This document shows, piece by piece, positions 1 through 13,647 of a stretch of 64,000 nucleotides of DNA. This DNA comes from Octopus sinensis (taxonomy: Eukaryota). Every line of letters starts with the position of its first letter. The first letter of the stretch is position 1. The stretch is taken from positions 52,638,001 through 52,702,000 of the forward strand of contig NC_043002.1 in assembly GCF_006345805.1 (NCBI RefSeq), given 5' to 3'. The notes beneath the pieces are model-generated. The model was not told the origin of the DNA. It ran no database searches and worked only from the letters and a program-made list of their open reading frames with translations. A program made the position numbers and the translations under genes.

Positions 1-129
1 TCTCGCCCCCCACAATGGTCGTCCACTTTCTAGGCTCCACTTGGAGCAACGCTACATCTTCACCCTACAAACCACTACCCCACACGGACTTAACACAGCC
101 CCCTCCTCCTAAGGTTTTTTTCCGGATAA

Positions 130-2830
130 CACCCCCCCCACACACACACACCTACCTACATCCCACACGCCTGTTCACACACACATACTGATACATATCT
201 ACGTACATACATTCACACATTTAATCACACATACTTATAGACATACATGCACACACTAACATACAAACCAACATGCACATACATACACACATACATACAT
301 GCACACACACATACATACTTACACACACACACACACAGACATACATACATACATACACACATACATACGCACATACATACACACACACACACACACACAT
401 CGCACATACATACTTCACACACCTATACTTACATACATACACACACATGCACACATACATGTACGCACACACACATACATACATACATACCCACACATGC
501 ACACCTTTACACGAATGCACACACACATACACCTATTTGCACCCAGGCAGCCCCCCCCCCCTTTCTGGTTTGATGGATCCTCGGTTCCGGTGGAGCGGGT
601 TGTTCGGGGCCCCCGCGCGCGCACGCCTTGGCGCGGGCGGAGGGGTGGACGGCCCCATGGGCTTGCGTTGTATTGTTTGTGTGTTGTGTGTGTGAGCGTG
701 CTTCGTGTGTGTGGGCGTGCTTCGGGTGTGTGCGTGCGTATGTATACATACATACCCACACACACGCATGCATCCCTACCCACATACATACACGCACACC
801 TACTCACACACACACATACACACACACATACACACACACACACATACCCGCGCACACACACACATACATACATACACACACATACCTACTTCAGACATAC
901 ACACACACAGACATACACCCATACACTCACACTCACACGCATACCACACACACATACACACGCACACGCACACATACATCACACACACACCTACATACTA
1001 CATTACCCTTGTACACACACACACATCATACATACACACACACACCTACACAGCCATACCTTCACTCATACATACACACATACCTACACACACACACAAA
1101 CACACACAGACACACACCCATACATACATACACCTATTCACACACGCCTACACACATACATACACATACATAAACACACACCACCACACATACACATACA
1201 TACGCACACACACATATACTTACACACATGCACACACACACACATACATATACATACATCCCCACACACATACACACACATACTTACATACTCCTATACG
1301 CACATACATACACACAGACATACACACATACACACTCACACATACCTACACACATACTTACACACCACACTCGCCTGCACGCGCACACACACATGCATGA
1401 CAAACACCCATACACTCACACTCACATACACCACACCCAACATATACACGCACACGCACACATACACGCACACACACACCTACACTCCCACACACATACA
1501 TACGCACCTACATACACACAACACACGCATACACACGCACACACACGCATACATACGTATATTACATACGTACACATGCATACACACACACACAAACATA
1601 CACGGACACACCCATACATACATACATACATACACCTATACACACACGCCTACACACCTACATACACACACATGCATACACACACATACACGGACACACC
1701 CATACAAACTTACATACATACACCTATACACACACGCCTACACACCTACATACACACACATGCATACACACACACACATGTACGCACATACACACACATA
1801 TACGCACATACATATATACCTACACACATGCACACACACACACACACACACATGCATGCATGCATGCACACGCGCAGTACGCATACATGCATACATGCAT
1901 ATACACACAGACACGCACGTACACACACATACATACACCCATACACATACATGCATCCTACACACACAGACATACACACTCACACATACATACACACACA
2001 CACACTCACTCACACACCTGCATGTACGCGCACACACATGCACATACACACACTTCCACATACACACACGTACATACATACACACTCATACACATACACA
2101 CACACACGGACATACATCTGTACACACACATATACACACACATACTTACATACATTCACGGACACACTGACACCCAGACCTACACACAGACACACTCACA
2201 ATCCCACACCACACACACTTACGCAACACAACTCGCAGGCTCGCGCACATACACGCTTGTGCGCGTTCGCGCACGCATACACGCATGCATGCACCTCGCT
2301 CGTGGTACCGACTATCTCTCCTGTTCGTATCTGGGGCTGGCGCGTGTCTTGGGTTCTCCCACGGCTGTCGCCGCGGGACCACTCTTCCATCTTTCCCTCA
2401 GCTGCAGTTTTGTTTTTTTTCCTTAATACCCCCCTTTTGTACACACACGCACACACATACACACACCCACTCCACACACATTTGCATATAATATATACAT
2501 TACACTTACACACACTTCAATTTACTTACCATACATACAACTACGCACACTGGACACACACACACTACCACTCAACACACACACTGGCACGTTACATACG
2601 CACCCCCCCCCTCCCTTTCCCTCCTTCCCTTCTTCCCTCCTTCCTCCTTTTTTTACCACTGACCACTCACTTGAGACTTGCTATGTCAACTACTGTTCGT
2701 CGCCCTACTACACACACTTTACATTACAGACGCACGCACTAACATATATACATATTTTTTTTGTTTTTTTATCTCGCCTCACACATACACACACGCACAC
2801 GCACACACTCACACATACATACACATCATT
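130..2830. repeat. Long degenerate (CA)n/(TACA)n low-complexity tract with short GC-rich islands
   Basis: Continuous CA/TACA arrays; every ORF here is a His/Thr/Tyr/Ile or Val/Cys repeat translation. The noisy texture suggests poorly polished sequence. Confidence 0.9.
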
Positions 2831-2835
2831 TTTGT

Positions 2836-3128
2836 TACCAACCTTCCTGTCTCCACTCTTTTGGCTTTAAAAACCTACTTTGCCCTTGTTATCCAAAACT
2901 TCCGGTCTTTCAGCAGTGTACTTCGTAAACACACACCATCGCGTTTTTTCCCTCTGTCGCCCACATCGGGATCTTTCTTTCTTCTTTCTTCCTTCTCTAT
3001 GTTTCCGACGAAGAGCTCCGCTCGAAACGTCATACCCTCCTTCTTCCATTTTCCTGAGCGCCTAATAATAATAATACTGTAATTGTTCCACGTGTTGTTT
3101 TTTCTGTTTTCCCGTTTGGATTAACCTT
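2836..3128 (+). mobile_element. Penelope-type non-autonomous repeat with hammerhead-like motif (family 1, copy 1)
   Basis: ccgacga-a-gagc-tcc-gctc-gaaac-gtc at 3005-3031; homologous to 60419-60617; ends in (TA)n. Confidence 0.6.
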
Positions 3129-3822
3129 ATATATATATATATATATATGTATATGAAATATTAAGTGTCCGTTCTTATTGAACTAGTATACTTTCTTGCA
3201 TTTAGTATACATTTCTTGCAATCTTCAGATTCATATTGTGGCGGTGACAATTGTGTTCATTGATTTCAACTGTGGCTGACTAGTTAAATTTTGTCCTTTA
3301 TATACATTCCTATGACAGTATGTGTTTGCCCATTTTCCTGATCACGGAGGGAAGAGTAGCTTATGTCTATTTTCAGTTTACGCAAGGACGTGCATAACTA
3401 TATTGATCTGATCTAAAACGGAAAAAAGAGCTGACAACTTAGATTTATTAAGTAATTACATCAACAGTGTAATTAATTGTCAGTGGCACTAATAATTGAA
3501 ATAAAAACAAGCGTATCACCATGTGTTTTCAGTAAAAACACATTTTCGATTTACTGCTAAAATAGACACTATCGTGAAACACTTTATTTTTCTCCGTGTG
3601 CTCATAAAAAGATTTCAGCTTAACTTAACGAATTTCAGACGTTTTTACTGCTTCATCAGAAACCACTTACTCATTCTCCTTGCATAATATAGATCAAATT
3701 GTTATTTATATCATAGAAAAAACTTTGTTACTCTCTTCTCTGTTTTTCTGCATGTCTATGCGTACATATGTGTGTGTATATATATGTATTATATATAATA
3801 TATATTATATATATATATAATA

Positions 3823-3863
<41 letters not shown>

Positions 3864-3885
3864 TAATATATACATATATATATAT

Positions 3886-4058
3886 GTCGGACCACTGAAC
3901 CCAACAGGTTCTTTTTTCATTCGCTATTTCCTCTTATCTCTTTTTGTTGAAGAGCGTAGATTCGAAACGTAAAAGACTTTTCCATTTTTCCCGAGCGTCA
4001 AACTAATAGACTTGCTTGTTCCTACACCTGTCTTTGTTTTTCTATAAATTTTAACTAT
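3886..4058 (+). mobile_element. Penelope-type non-autonomous repeat (family 2) with degenerate hammerhead-like motif
   Basis: gttga-agagc-gtag-attc-gaaac-gta-aaag at 3946-3975; homologous to 28548-28822 and 28907-29101; (TA)n on both sides. Confidence 0.55.
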
Positions 4059-4289
4059 ATATATGTGTGGTGTGTGTGTGTGTGTGTGGTGTGTTATGTG
4101 TGCGCGTGTGTGTATTATATATATTATATTATATATTATATATATATACATAGTAGAGGACTATCAGTAAGTCGTCATAATAGAACTCAGAGTTCTATTA
4201 TGCCGGAGCTAACATGCCGGTGCTAAAAGCTTCGGGGCATTTTCATCGGCTGTTTCAAATATGTATATACATACATACATATATATACA

Positions 4290-4339
<50 letters not shown>

Positions 4340-4363
4340 CAATATATACATGAATATATATAC

Positions 4364-4428
<65 letters not shown>

Positions 4429-4739
4429 ATATATAAATCCTCTATTTCATAATATCGAGGAGGTCTTGTTTTGTTGGCATTTTATTATTATTAATTAATT
4501 AATATATTTATATATATATGTAGATTTATTTTATATATATATAATATATATATATATATATAATATATATATATATTATATATATATATATTATATATAT
4601 ATACGCACACACACATATACACACGCGCGTACGCACACACACATTAAGTTAGTTCGAATATGTTTGAAAGAAATTTTAACTTCTAAAGGCAAAACCACTG
4701 CATTTTAGCATGGAGAAAAAAGTTTACGGTTATAGCAAA

Positions 4740-5060
4740 AAGTGTGAAAACACTTTATCTGCTCAGTGTTTTCTCTCCTATCCGACTCCTACACGCGTTT
4801 CGGGCTCTTTAGTTTAACTTCAGTAATGGTGCCGCTACTGACTGCTACGACTATACTTGTTTCGACAGGGCGATCTGCGAGCGCAAGTCAGTCACTGTTA
4901 TTGATTGTTCTAAGATAAAACTAGGGCTTTAATAATCTCCCCCAGGTTATCTCTTTTTGGTTTCTCTCACTGAAGAAAGCTAAAGAACCCAGAAACACGT
5001 CTACGATTCCAATGGCGTGGGGGGGGGGAACACTGAGCAGATAAGATGTTTTCGCGCTTT
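4740..5060. mobile_element. Diverged head-to-head inverted pair of hammerhead-like repeat units
   Basis: Reverse complement of 4740-4823 (ctgaag..ctaaagagcccgaaacgcgt...aacactgagcagataa..tgttttc) matches 4970-5060 (ctgaaga..ctaaagaacccagaaacacgtc...aacactgagcagataa..tgttttc). Confidence 0.5.
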
Positions 5061-5636
5061 TTTTACGATGATGATGATAACGTACTTTAGCAGTCGTGAT
5101 AATTATAAAATAACATGACAAAAAGTAGCACTTCAAAAAGGAGGTTACCAAAAGAAGGATCCAAATTGTGGAGTCACATTCCTGGCTTGGTCTTTATTGT
5201 CATTGTTGTTGTATTTGTTGCTTCTGCTGTTTTTGCTGTTGTTGTTATTTTGTTGTTGTTGTTGTTGTTGTCTGTCAAATAACTTGGCATTGATTTAATT
5301 ACCTATATTAGTTGGAAGCGGGAAAGTGACGTTGAGACGTCCGTTCCCACGTGGATATCTGCCAGACAAGTACATTCAAAACGACATTTTCGATAGTTTT
5401 CTTTCTTGAATTCGACATGTTCCTATATTTACTCTGATGTCTTCTTTACTCTCTGTCTTTTCTGGTTTTCGTATGTACAAAGAATACACACATATACATA
5501 TACACATACACACAGAGACATAAATGTAACTACGTAGACATTCACAAAAATACAGACATATATATACTAATACATTTATTTAACCATATATACAAATATA
5601 TATAGATATGTATACACAAACATACACACACATGTA

Positions 5637-5683
<47 letters not shown>

Positions 5684-6507
5684 ACATACATACATTACGT
5701 GTAATATAATATAATGTTTGTCTTTTGAATTCTTATTGATTGCTTCGATTACATTTCCTTGCATATATACAAATATTTGAAGAAATACATATACAAATAC
5801 AAACGCGCAAAAATGCAGACGCTTACACAATACGCAAGCACAAATATATACATACATGCATGCATACATATGTGCATATACAAACATATTATGTGTACTT
5901 TTATATTTTGCATACAAGTATATAAACATAATGTACATAAAAGCTAACTCAATAATGCACACATGGACACGTACATATATAGTATGCTTCCACATATATA
6001 ATATACATCGCACACATACCTGTTGGTACATCACCCTGTATTTACTTAAGACCTAGATAAGCATATCAGAGAAATCTATTGAGTCGCCACAGAAAACTAG
6101 TGAATGGGCCATATATTGCCAAATTGGAGAATCTAATCTTAAAATAAGGTTGGCAAACAACAACTGCAACAACAGTAAGAAGATCAAGAAATTGAAGAAG
6201 ACGAAGAAGGAGAAAGAATTTCAAGAAAAGGTAGAATGACAAAGAAGAAAACGAAAAAGAAAAAGGGTAATGAACGAACAAATGGTAAAGAATATAAAGT
6301 ATAATACGAGGAAGAATTCAAAGAAAAAGCAGATGAAAATGTTGACGACGATGAAGAGAAGGACGAGGGGGAAGACGGGTAAGGGAAAAAGAACTGCAGA
6401 TTCTACGAACCCCAAGAACAAGAAGAATGTGAACTGGATTGGATCTGTAACGATAATATGAAAGTTGATATATGATAGAATTCAAAGTGAAATAATTAAT
6501 TTGCTAT

Positions 6508-6558
<51 letters not shown>

Positions 6559-6559
6559 A

Positions 6560-6594
<35 letters not shown>

Positions 6595-6623
6595 ATATGT
6601 GTGTACATATATATGTTTTTATG

Positions 6624-6656
<33 letters not shown>

Positions 6657-6669
6657 CATTTACGCGTGT

Positions 6670-7075
6670 AGGCGCAGGCGTGCCTGGGTGGTAGGAAGAT
6701 TGCTCTCCAAACGTATGGTATCGAGTTCAGTTTCCCTGCGTGGCACCTTGCCCAAGTGTCTCCTACTATAGCCTCGGGCCGGCCAAAGGCTTGTGAATGG
6801 ATTTGGTAGACGGAAACTGAAAGAAGCCCGTCGTACATATACATACATATATATATGTTGATATATGTGTGTGTACCTTTGTGTCTGTGCTTGTGTCCCC
6901 ATCATCGCTTGACAACCGTTGGTGTGTTTACGTCTTCGTAACTTAGCAGTTCGGAATAGAAACCAATGGAATAAGTAGTAGGCTTAAAAGAAAACAAAAA
7001 AACAAGGTTGAATTGTTCGAAAAAAACACTGCAAATCAGTGCTCCAGTATGGTCACAGTTGAAATGACTGAAACA
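6670..7075 (+). mobile_element. Bipartite tRNA-derived SINE (head module + internal microsatellite + tail module)
   Basis: aggcgcagg...ggaaactgaaagaagcccgtcgta head, (TA/TG)n spacer, then gcttgacaacc...gactgaaaca tail; same layout as 47484-47985. Confidence 0.8.
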
Positions 7076-7519
7076 CAAAAGAATGTATAAATATATATAT
7101 ACACAGAGCATCATCATCGTTATTTTCTCTTTCCTTTCTCTATTCTTATTCTACTACTTTCTACTCACACCATCTACTTTCCATTTAATTAAAAAATCTC
7201 AAGTTATGTTTCATCAAATCACATACAAGTGCACCATTAGACCAAACCTACATTGCAAATACAAAATCTCACGCACAAGATGAACAAAAATATATAAAAG
7301 TCTTGTAACTCCTAAGAAACTTAACAGTTTGACGAAGATACTGAACTAGACCTTCTAAGACTGTTACGTTTTCTTTTGTGAAAAATAAAGGTTATACTCT
7401 TCTTCAATGTAGTGAATAACCCTATAAACGTTTAATAAACATATATTAATTGAATAATTATTCAATTTAATGTTAAATTTATATATATATATAAGTACGT
7501 TATCATCATAAAGTACGTT

Positions 7520-7911
<392 letters not shown>

Positions 7912-10900
7912 GCATTTGCACAGCTTCTAACGCTGGAGATGTACTACAGTGTTAGCTGTTCACTACCAGTGAACTAAAGTGACACCTCTTAGTTTTCGAG
8001 CACTTTCCGGAGTATTCGAGCGGTTCCACGCAGTGCTGTTTTCTGCAAGTGATCTACATTTATTGCAGCCCCTATTTGTTCCACGTACCTCTCGAGATTT
8101 TTGCTCACGGTTCCCAGGACTCCGACAACTATTGGTACTACTGCTACCGTTTTCATCGACCACAGTTGCTTAACTTCCCAAGCTAACCTGTCATATCTCT
8201 CGACTTTTCTTTCTTCCTTATCGCATACCTATGATCCAGCATAGTTTCATTTCTTTCTTTCTCAATTAGGACTATGTCCGGCTTCCTATTCCCTGTCTCA
8301 TGGTCCCACTGAATTATAAAATCCCATAGGATCTTTGCATTTCTATTTTCAATGATACCTTCAGGTTTGTGGTTGTACCAATTTTATGCTCTGTCGAGTC
8401 CATACTTGTTGCAAAGTGTCCAATGGACAAGCCTGGCTATATTGTCGTGGAGTCTCTTATATTCTTTCTGGGCTAGTGATGTACATTGGCTGATAATATA
8501 CCATGCGGTTTCACCGTTTTATCACTTTCTGCTGTGTTGTCTATACTGTATTTTATGTAGTTTGTTCTTAGCGCTTGCTCTTGGGCAGCACAGATTAAAG
8601 TCTCCGTTTCCGGTTTTAAATCACTTTTAGTCATCCATAGCCATCTTTTTTCTCTGTCTGTTTTATCTTCAAAATCCCTATGAAATTGACAATGCATTAT
8701 TTTCTTTACCCACCTATTATCAGTTTCATACGTTTTCAATTTCTTGTATAGTGCTTTATCTTTGCAATCTTCCATCCTACACAAGCCTGACCTTCTTACT
8801 TCTAATAATAGCGGTTCTATGGCATTTTTTACATATCATGCTATGTTGTTTTCTTCTGCTCTAATGCTGTGTTCGCATCCAATAAGTCCTCTTCTTCCTC
8901 TTTCTTTTGGTACATACAGTCTGTCTATGTCACTTTTTAGGTGGAGTGACCCATATCTAGTTAGCAACTTCCTTGTCTTTTTGTCTAAGCTGTTTTGTTC
9001 GTCTACTGTCCATGCGAGTACCGCTGCACCATATCTAAGGAATGAAACTGCCCTAGTGTTGATAGCTTCGGTCTTATTTCGTCCGTTTAATTTCGACTTA
9101 AGGGTGAGTCTCAGTCTGCGCAAATACTCCACCTTAAATTTTTCTGTCATTTCTTTCTCCATCAATTTACCCACTTCCAAAATCCCCAAGTATTTATAGC
9201 CCTCTGTTCTATCTGCTTCATAGCCTCCCCCGACGGTATCGTTAACCCGACCATACATTTTGCCTCTCTTCAAGACTAATACACCACACTTTCTCAGTCA
9301 GAACGCCATTCTGATATCAATACTGAAAGTATACACCGCATCAAAGAGGGAACTGACTTGGGCTTCATCTTTACCATAAACTTTGAGGTCATCCATTAAT
9401 AACAAATGGTTGACTTTTTATTGGCGGCTTTTGAATAAATACCCAGCTTTTGCTTTTCTCAGAATCAGTGTTAGTGGTATCAAACTCAGTACAAAGATCA
9501 GTGGGGACAGGCAGTCTCCTTGAAAGATGCCCCTCCTAATTTCTACTGTCCCTAAGCTTCTTCCGTATGCTGTCGGGTCCGTCCTCTAATTCGCCATACT
9601 TTTTCCAAGCCACCGCTCAACATTCTATGCAATAACAAATAGGTTCATACACTCCATAATCCAAGAATGTAGGATCTTACCGTACGCCTTACGATAGTCG
9701 ATCCATGACATGGCTAAGTTAGTTTTCCTCTTCTTGCAGTCTCCAAGTGCAGTTTTGTCTATCAGGAGTTGATCCCTGGTACCTCTTCACTTACCCTTGC
9801 AACCCTTCTGCTAATGTAGCAGGACTCCATTATTTTTACAGATGTTCGTACATTGACTCTGCGAGTATTCCAGTCAATAGCTTCCACATAAATGGCAAAC
9901 AGGATATCGGCCTGTAATTGTCGACCATATTGCCTTTTTCGATGTTTTTCAGGCACAGCATGGTCCTACCCAATGTCAACCACTCTAGTGTTACTTGGTC
10001 GGCATTTAACAAGGTATTGGAGTTGCATAACTATTCGTGCATGACATTCACCAAGTTTTTTGATCCAGTAGCCTTGAATTCCATCTGGTCCCGGGACCTT
10101 CCAGTTGCTCTTTTTTTTTGCTGATTTCCTTCACTTCTCTAATTGAAATGGCTAATTCTGCCTGTTTTGGACAGACTACTGTTTGTTTCAGTTCTTGCAG
10201 CCATTCAAGCATCCTTCTTGTGCTCCTTGTCTTTGCTCTAGATGTCACTCCAAAACCTTTGACTTTCAGTGTTATCTGGTATCAACTTTTCATCTGTACA
10301 CTCTCTATTTATTTCTTTATAGAATCTCTTCTTATCTACTCTGAATAACGTTTTCTGGTGGTAACCCTTCATTCTTTGGTCATATCTTACCATCTTTGCT
10401 TTCTTTGCAACGAGGCGCTGTTTCAGTTCCTCCATTACTATTTTCGGGTCCTTTCTGTTAATATTATACTTCCTTTTCAGCGCCCTGTATTTTTGTTTGC
10501 TTTTAAGCTCCCCTTTCTCTTTTCGGTCTAACACAGAGATTTCCTTCGAGAGCATGTCTAACCCTGCCTGGATTCTTCCTTTCCACCGTGGATCTTTTCT
10601 CTTTTCATTCCCATTATGTTTCTTTTTCTTGACATCAACACCCACGTTTTCTGCTACAATTCTTGCTGTCATGATCAAATTATTTGTTTCTGTGATGTTT
10701 GTTCTGATGTATTTCAGAATTTCATTGACATTTTTCGTTTCTTGGTTCAATTTCCATCGATCAACCTTTTTAAGGTTGGAAATAATGTTGCTATCGTTCT
10801 CCTGTAGTCTTACCTTTAAACTGTCGTAGATTGCCTTTTGACCATCCGTCATGTCGCAATTAGTTTTATTGTCTTCTTTTAGATCATCTATATGTCTCTC

Positions 10901-11648
10901 ATCAAGTAAACTACGACTGCTCCTTTCTTGTGTTATGGGATTACTCTTATTAGTAAGAACTGTATTTTCATTTCGCTTTTGGATTTGGTTTGCAAGATTC
11001 TTTATGTGAGTTCGTGTGTTGAAGCATATTCTGTTGTGTCTGGGGAAAGTCATTTTCTTTTTGTACCTTATAATTTAACACACTCACCGGTAAAATTTCC
11101 AAAAATAAAAATAAAAATAAGGAATAAGTGTATTTTCATTGTTATCGCTGCTGCTATTTTCCATGACCATGACCCGTCTTTTGATAGCTTCGAGCTCTAC
11201 TTCTGTGAACCAACAATTTTTTCTTATTGCTCTATTTTGATATAGTATCTGTTCCGTGAGTTGAAACAATCCCTTTTCTCTCCAATGACCATACGTTGTC
11301 AGTAACCCCTAATTTGAGCACCATTTTCATCTACCGGGCTGCCCAGGTAGTAACATTTCATGACCACAGCATTAATTTACTTGCTCCATCTACGCTGTGT
11401 GTGGTGATCCCTTTCTGGATAACGACAGGCTGGAGCCGGACCAGAATCTCTGAGCCTACCGGGTGTAACATTGTCATCATCATTGGTTTCAGTTTCATTA
11501 CCACCGCTATTCACAATTTTTTCGTTGTCACTCATATGAGGTAGCGATTATCAGGTTGCGCAATTACTAGTGTTTTTTATTTAACACCATCACTAGATAT
11601 ATCATTAATTAGCCCACGAGGAAAGGGAGGCTCCACCCGGTCCCTTTC
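7912..11648 (-). mobile_element. Near full-length decayed R4/Dong-like non-LTR retrotransposon (RT, CCHC knuckle region, C-terminal restriction-like endonuclease)
   Basis: Minus-strand motifs [19 protein letters not shown] (~9500-9530), HLLLMDDLK (~9380-9410), AAQEQALRTNY, KILWDFIIQWD..NRKPDIVLIEK, and ...LQKTALRGTARILRKVLEN* (stop 7989-7991). Multiple stops and frameshifts. (AAT)n at both ends. Confidence 0.9.
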
Positions 11649-11959
11649 ATTATTAATATTATTATTATTATCATCACTGATATCACTGATATTATTGTTT
11701 TTATGTGTAGTAGCAGCAGTGGTTGCAGCAACAGCAACAGTAGCATGGGTGGGGTAGTAGTAAGGGTGGTAGTTCAGCCTCAGATTCCTGTGCTATCATA
11801 ATAGTAGTAGCTGTAGTATTATTTTAGTATTAGTAGTATTTAGTATTAACAGCTGCAGCATCTTTTTTCAGCGGCTGGACGTGTTCTTCGCTGCTCTGAC
11901 CTGTCAGCAACTGAAGACACCGAAACACTAATATAACCCAGCAGGACAACTGAAAAATA

Positions 11960-13180
11960 ACTCTAAAAGACTGGAATATCTACAGTTTCTCGTGATTATT
12001 TTGAATTTCCCTCAAAATAAGTTAAGGATATGTTAAAGATATGTAAGTTAAAGATATGTAAGGAACTTACATATCTACAGCTTTCGAACACATAAACAAT
12101 CAGCTTTAAAACCTTTAATATCTATACCTCCTGTGAATACCTATCCTTTTCTTTCCCCCTGAGTATTCAAAAATGTAAACATCTTCTTTATTCCAAGAAC
12201 ACTACAGTTTTTGCTTTTCGGACAGACAAAAGATCATCTCCAATAAATTTTAGAATAACTTCATATCTACAATTTTCTGTGAAAAATTTTTAATTTCCTT
12301 TTCTTTTCGTTCCTTTTTCCCTGAATATTCGAAAATGTAAACATCCTTTTGATTGTAAAAAAAAACAAACTCACCACAGTTTTTTTTTTTTGAACGAACA
12401 TACAAACGAACAACTCAAAAAATTTAGAAACTTTAATATCGCCAATTTTGTGTGAACATTTTGTCTTCCCTGACTAACAAAATATGTAAACATGACTTTT
12501 ATTGTAACAACACAATTAAATGCACGATAAGAAATTAAGGAAGTAAGCACCTACCAATATATACATACTGCACAACTACAAAAACTGTAAACCACAGCAA
12601 AACTATTTTTTAAAAAAAGAAAAATTCCAAAAGAAAAAGAAATTCAGAAATTTAAAAATCCAACAAGGTGAACATCTCTTCCTCCTACTATTCCCAAAGA
12701 CTGGAATATCTACAATTTCCTGTGAATACTTTAAATCTCCCTCAAAATAAAATAAGTTAGGAAACTTACATACCTACGGCTTTTGGACACAAACGATCAG
12801 CTTTAAAAGAAAATAACCTTTTGATATCTACAACTACTGTGTGAATACTTATCTTTTCCTCTCTCGCTGAGTATTCGAAAATGTAAACATCAACCCCCTT
12901 TTTATTCTAAGAACACTACCATTTCTCTCTGTGCGGTCATACAAAAGACCACATTTAGTAACTCTTAAAACTTTACAATCTACAACTTGTTTTCTTTTTT
13001 TTACTCTCCCTGTGTGTTCGAAAATGTAAACATCCTTTTCACTGCAAAAGTTCTACTGTATTCTCCAACTGTACAGACAAACGAACATCTCAAGAAAACT
13101 TTAAAGCTTTAATATATTACCCAAATACCGCAACACACCTTTTATAACAACAACATAATTGAATTCAGAAATTCAAAACT
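11960..13180. repeat. Degenerate ~150-bp minisatellite with a ~735-bp higher-order duplication
   Basis: Recurring ctga(g/a)tattcgaaaatgtaaacatc; the block aaagactggaatatctaca...ccctcaaaata occurs at ~11967 and ~12697. Confidence 0.75.
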
Positions 13181-13203
13181 TCAACGACGTGAATATCAGT
13201 ATA

Positions 13204-13237
<34 letters not shown>

Positions 13238-13298
13238 TATGTATATATATGAGTATGTGTGTATATGTGTATATAATAGTGGTTTTATCTCTAATTTA

Positions 13299-13334
<36 letters not shown>

Positions 13335-13604
13335 TTATTTTTTTCAACCAGTAATTACAAATAGAACAGGTTGAATTGCTTCTTTCCAAGGCAGCGCTCT
13401 CAGTGGCCACTGGTAGTAGTAAACACATTTGACCTCTGCTGACCCAAGGAGTGCGAAGATTCTTTTGTCTCTATGGCTGACCTCCGCACCATCTGACGAA
13501 TCTATTTATAGCCCTGTAGAATATAATATATTCACCAAACTGCTACCCAACTATCTCCTCCAAAAATGGTAGTGGTGATGATGGTGATAATGATAAAAAT
13601 AAAG

Positions 13605-13647
<43 letters not shown>

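Noticed and set aside
221-2742. Long ORFs (623 aa, 504 aa and others) rich in His/Thr/Tyr or Val/Cys
   Set aside because: They are translations of (CA)n/(TACA)n, which lack stop codons in most frames. The same applies to the poly-I/Y/L/S ORFs elsewhere.
3600-3660. Minus-strand CUGAUGA-AGC...GCU-GAAAU
   Set aside because: No stem III or stem I pairing and no NUH triplet in place.
11590-11648. Possible HDV-like ribozyme at the 5' end of the R4-like element (ccc-tttcctcgt-ggg)
   Set aside because: A P3/L3-like hairpin is present, but no P1/P2 partners could be found by eye. An Infernal or RNArobo search would be decisive.
11825-11920. Minus-strand frame ending ...RTRPAAEKRCCSC*, resembling a prenylation terminus
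   Set aside because: Only ~20 codons, with no upstream GTPase exons found; could arise by chance.
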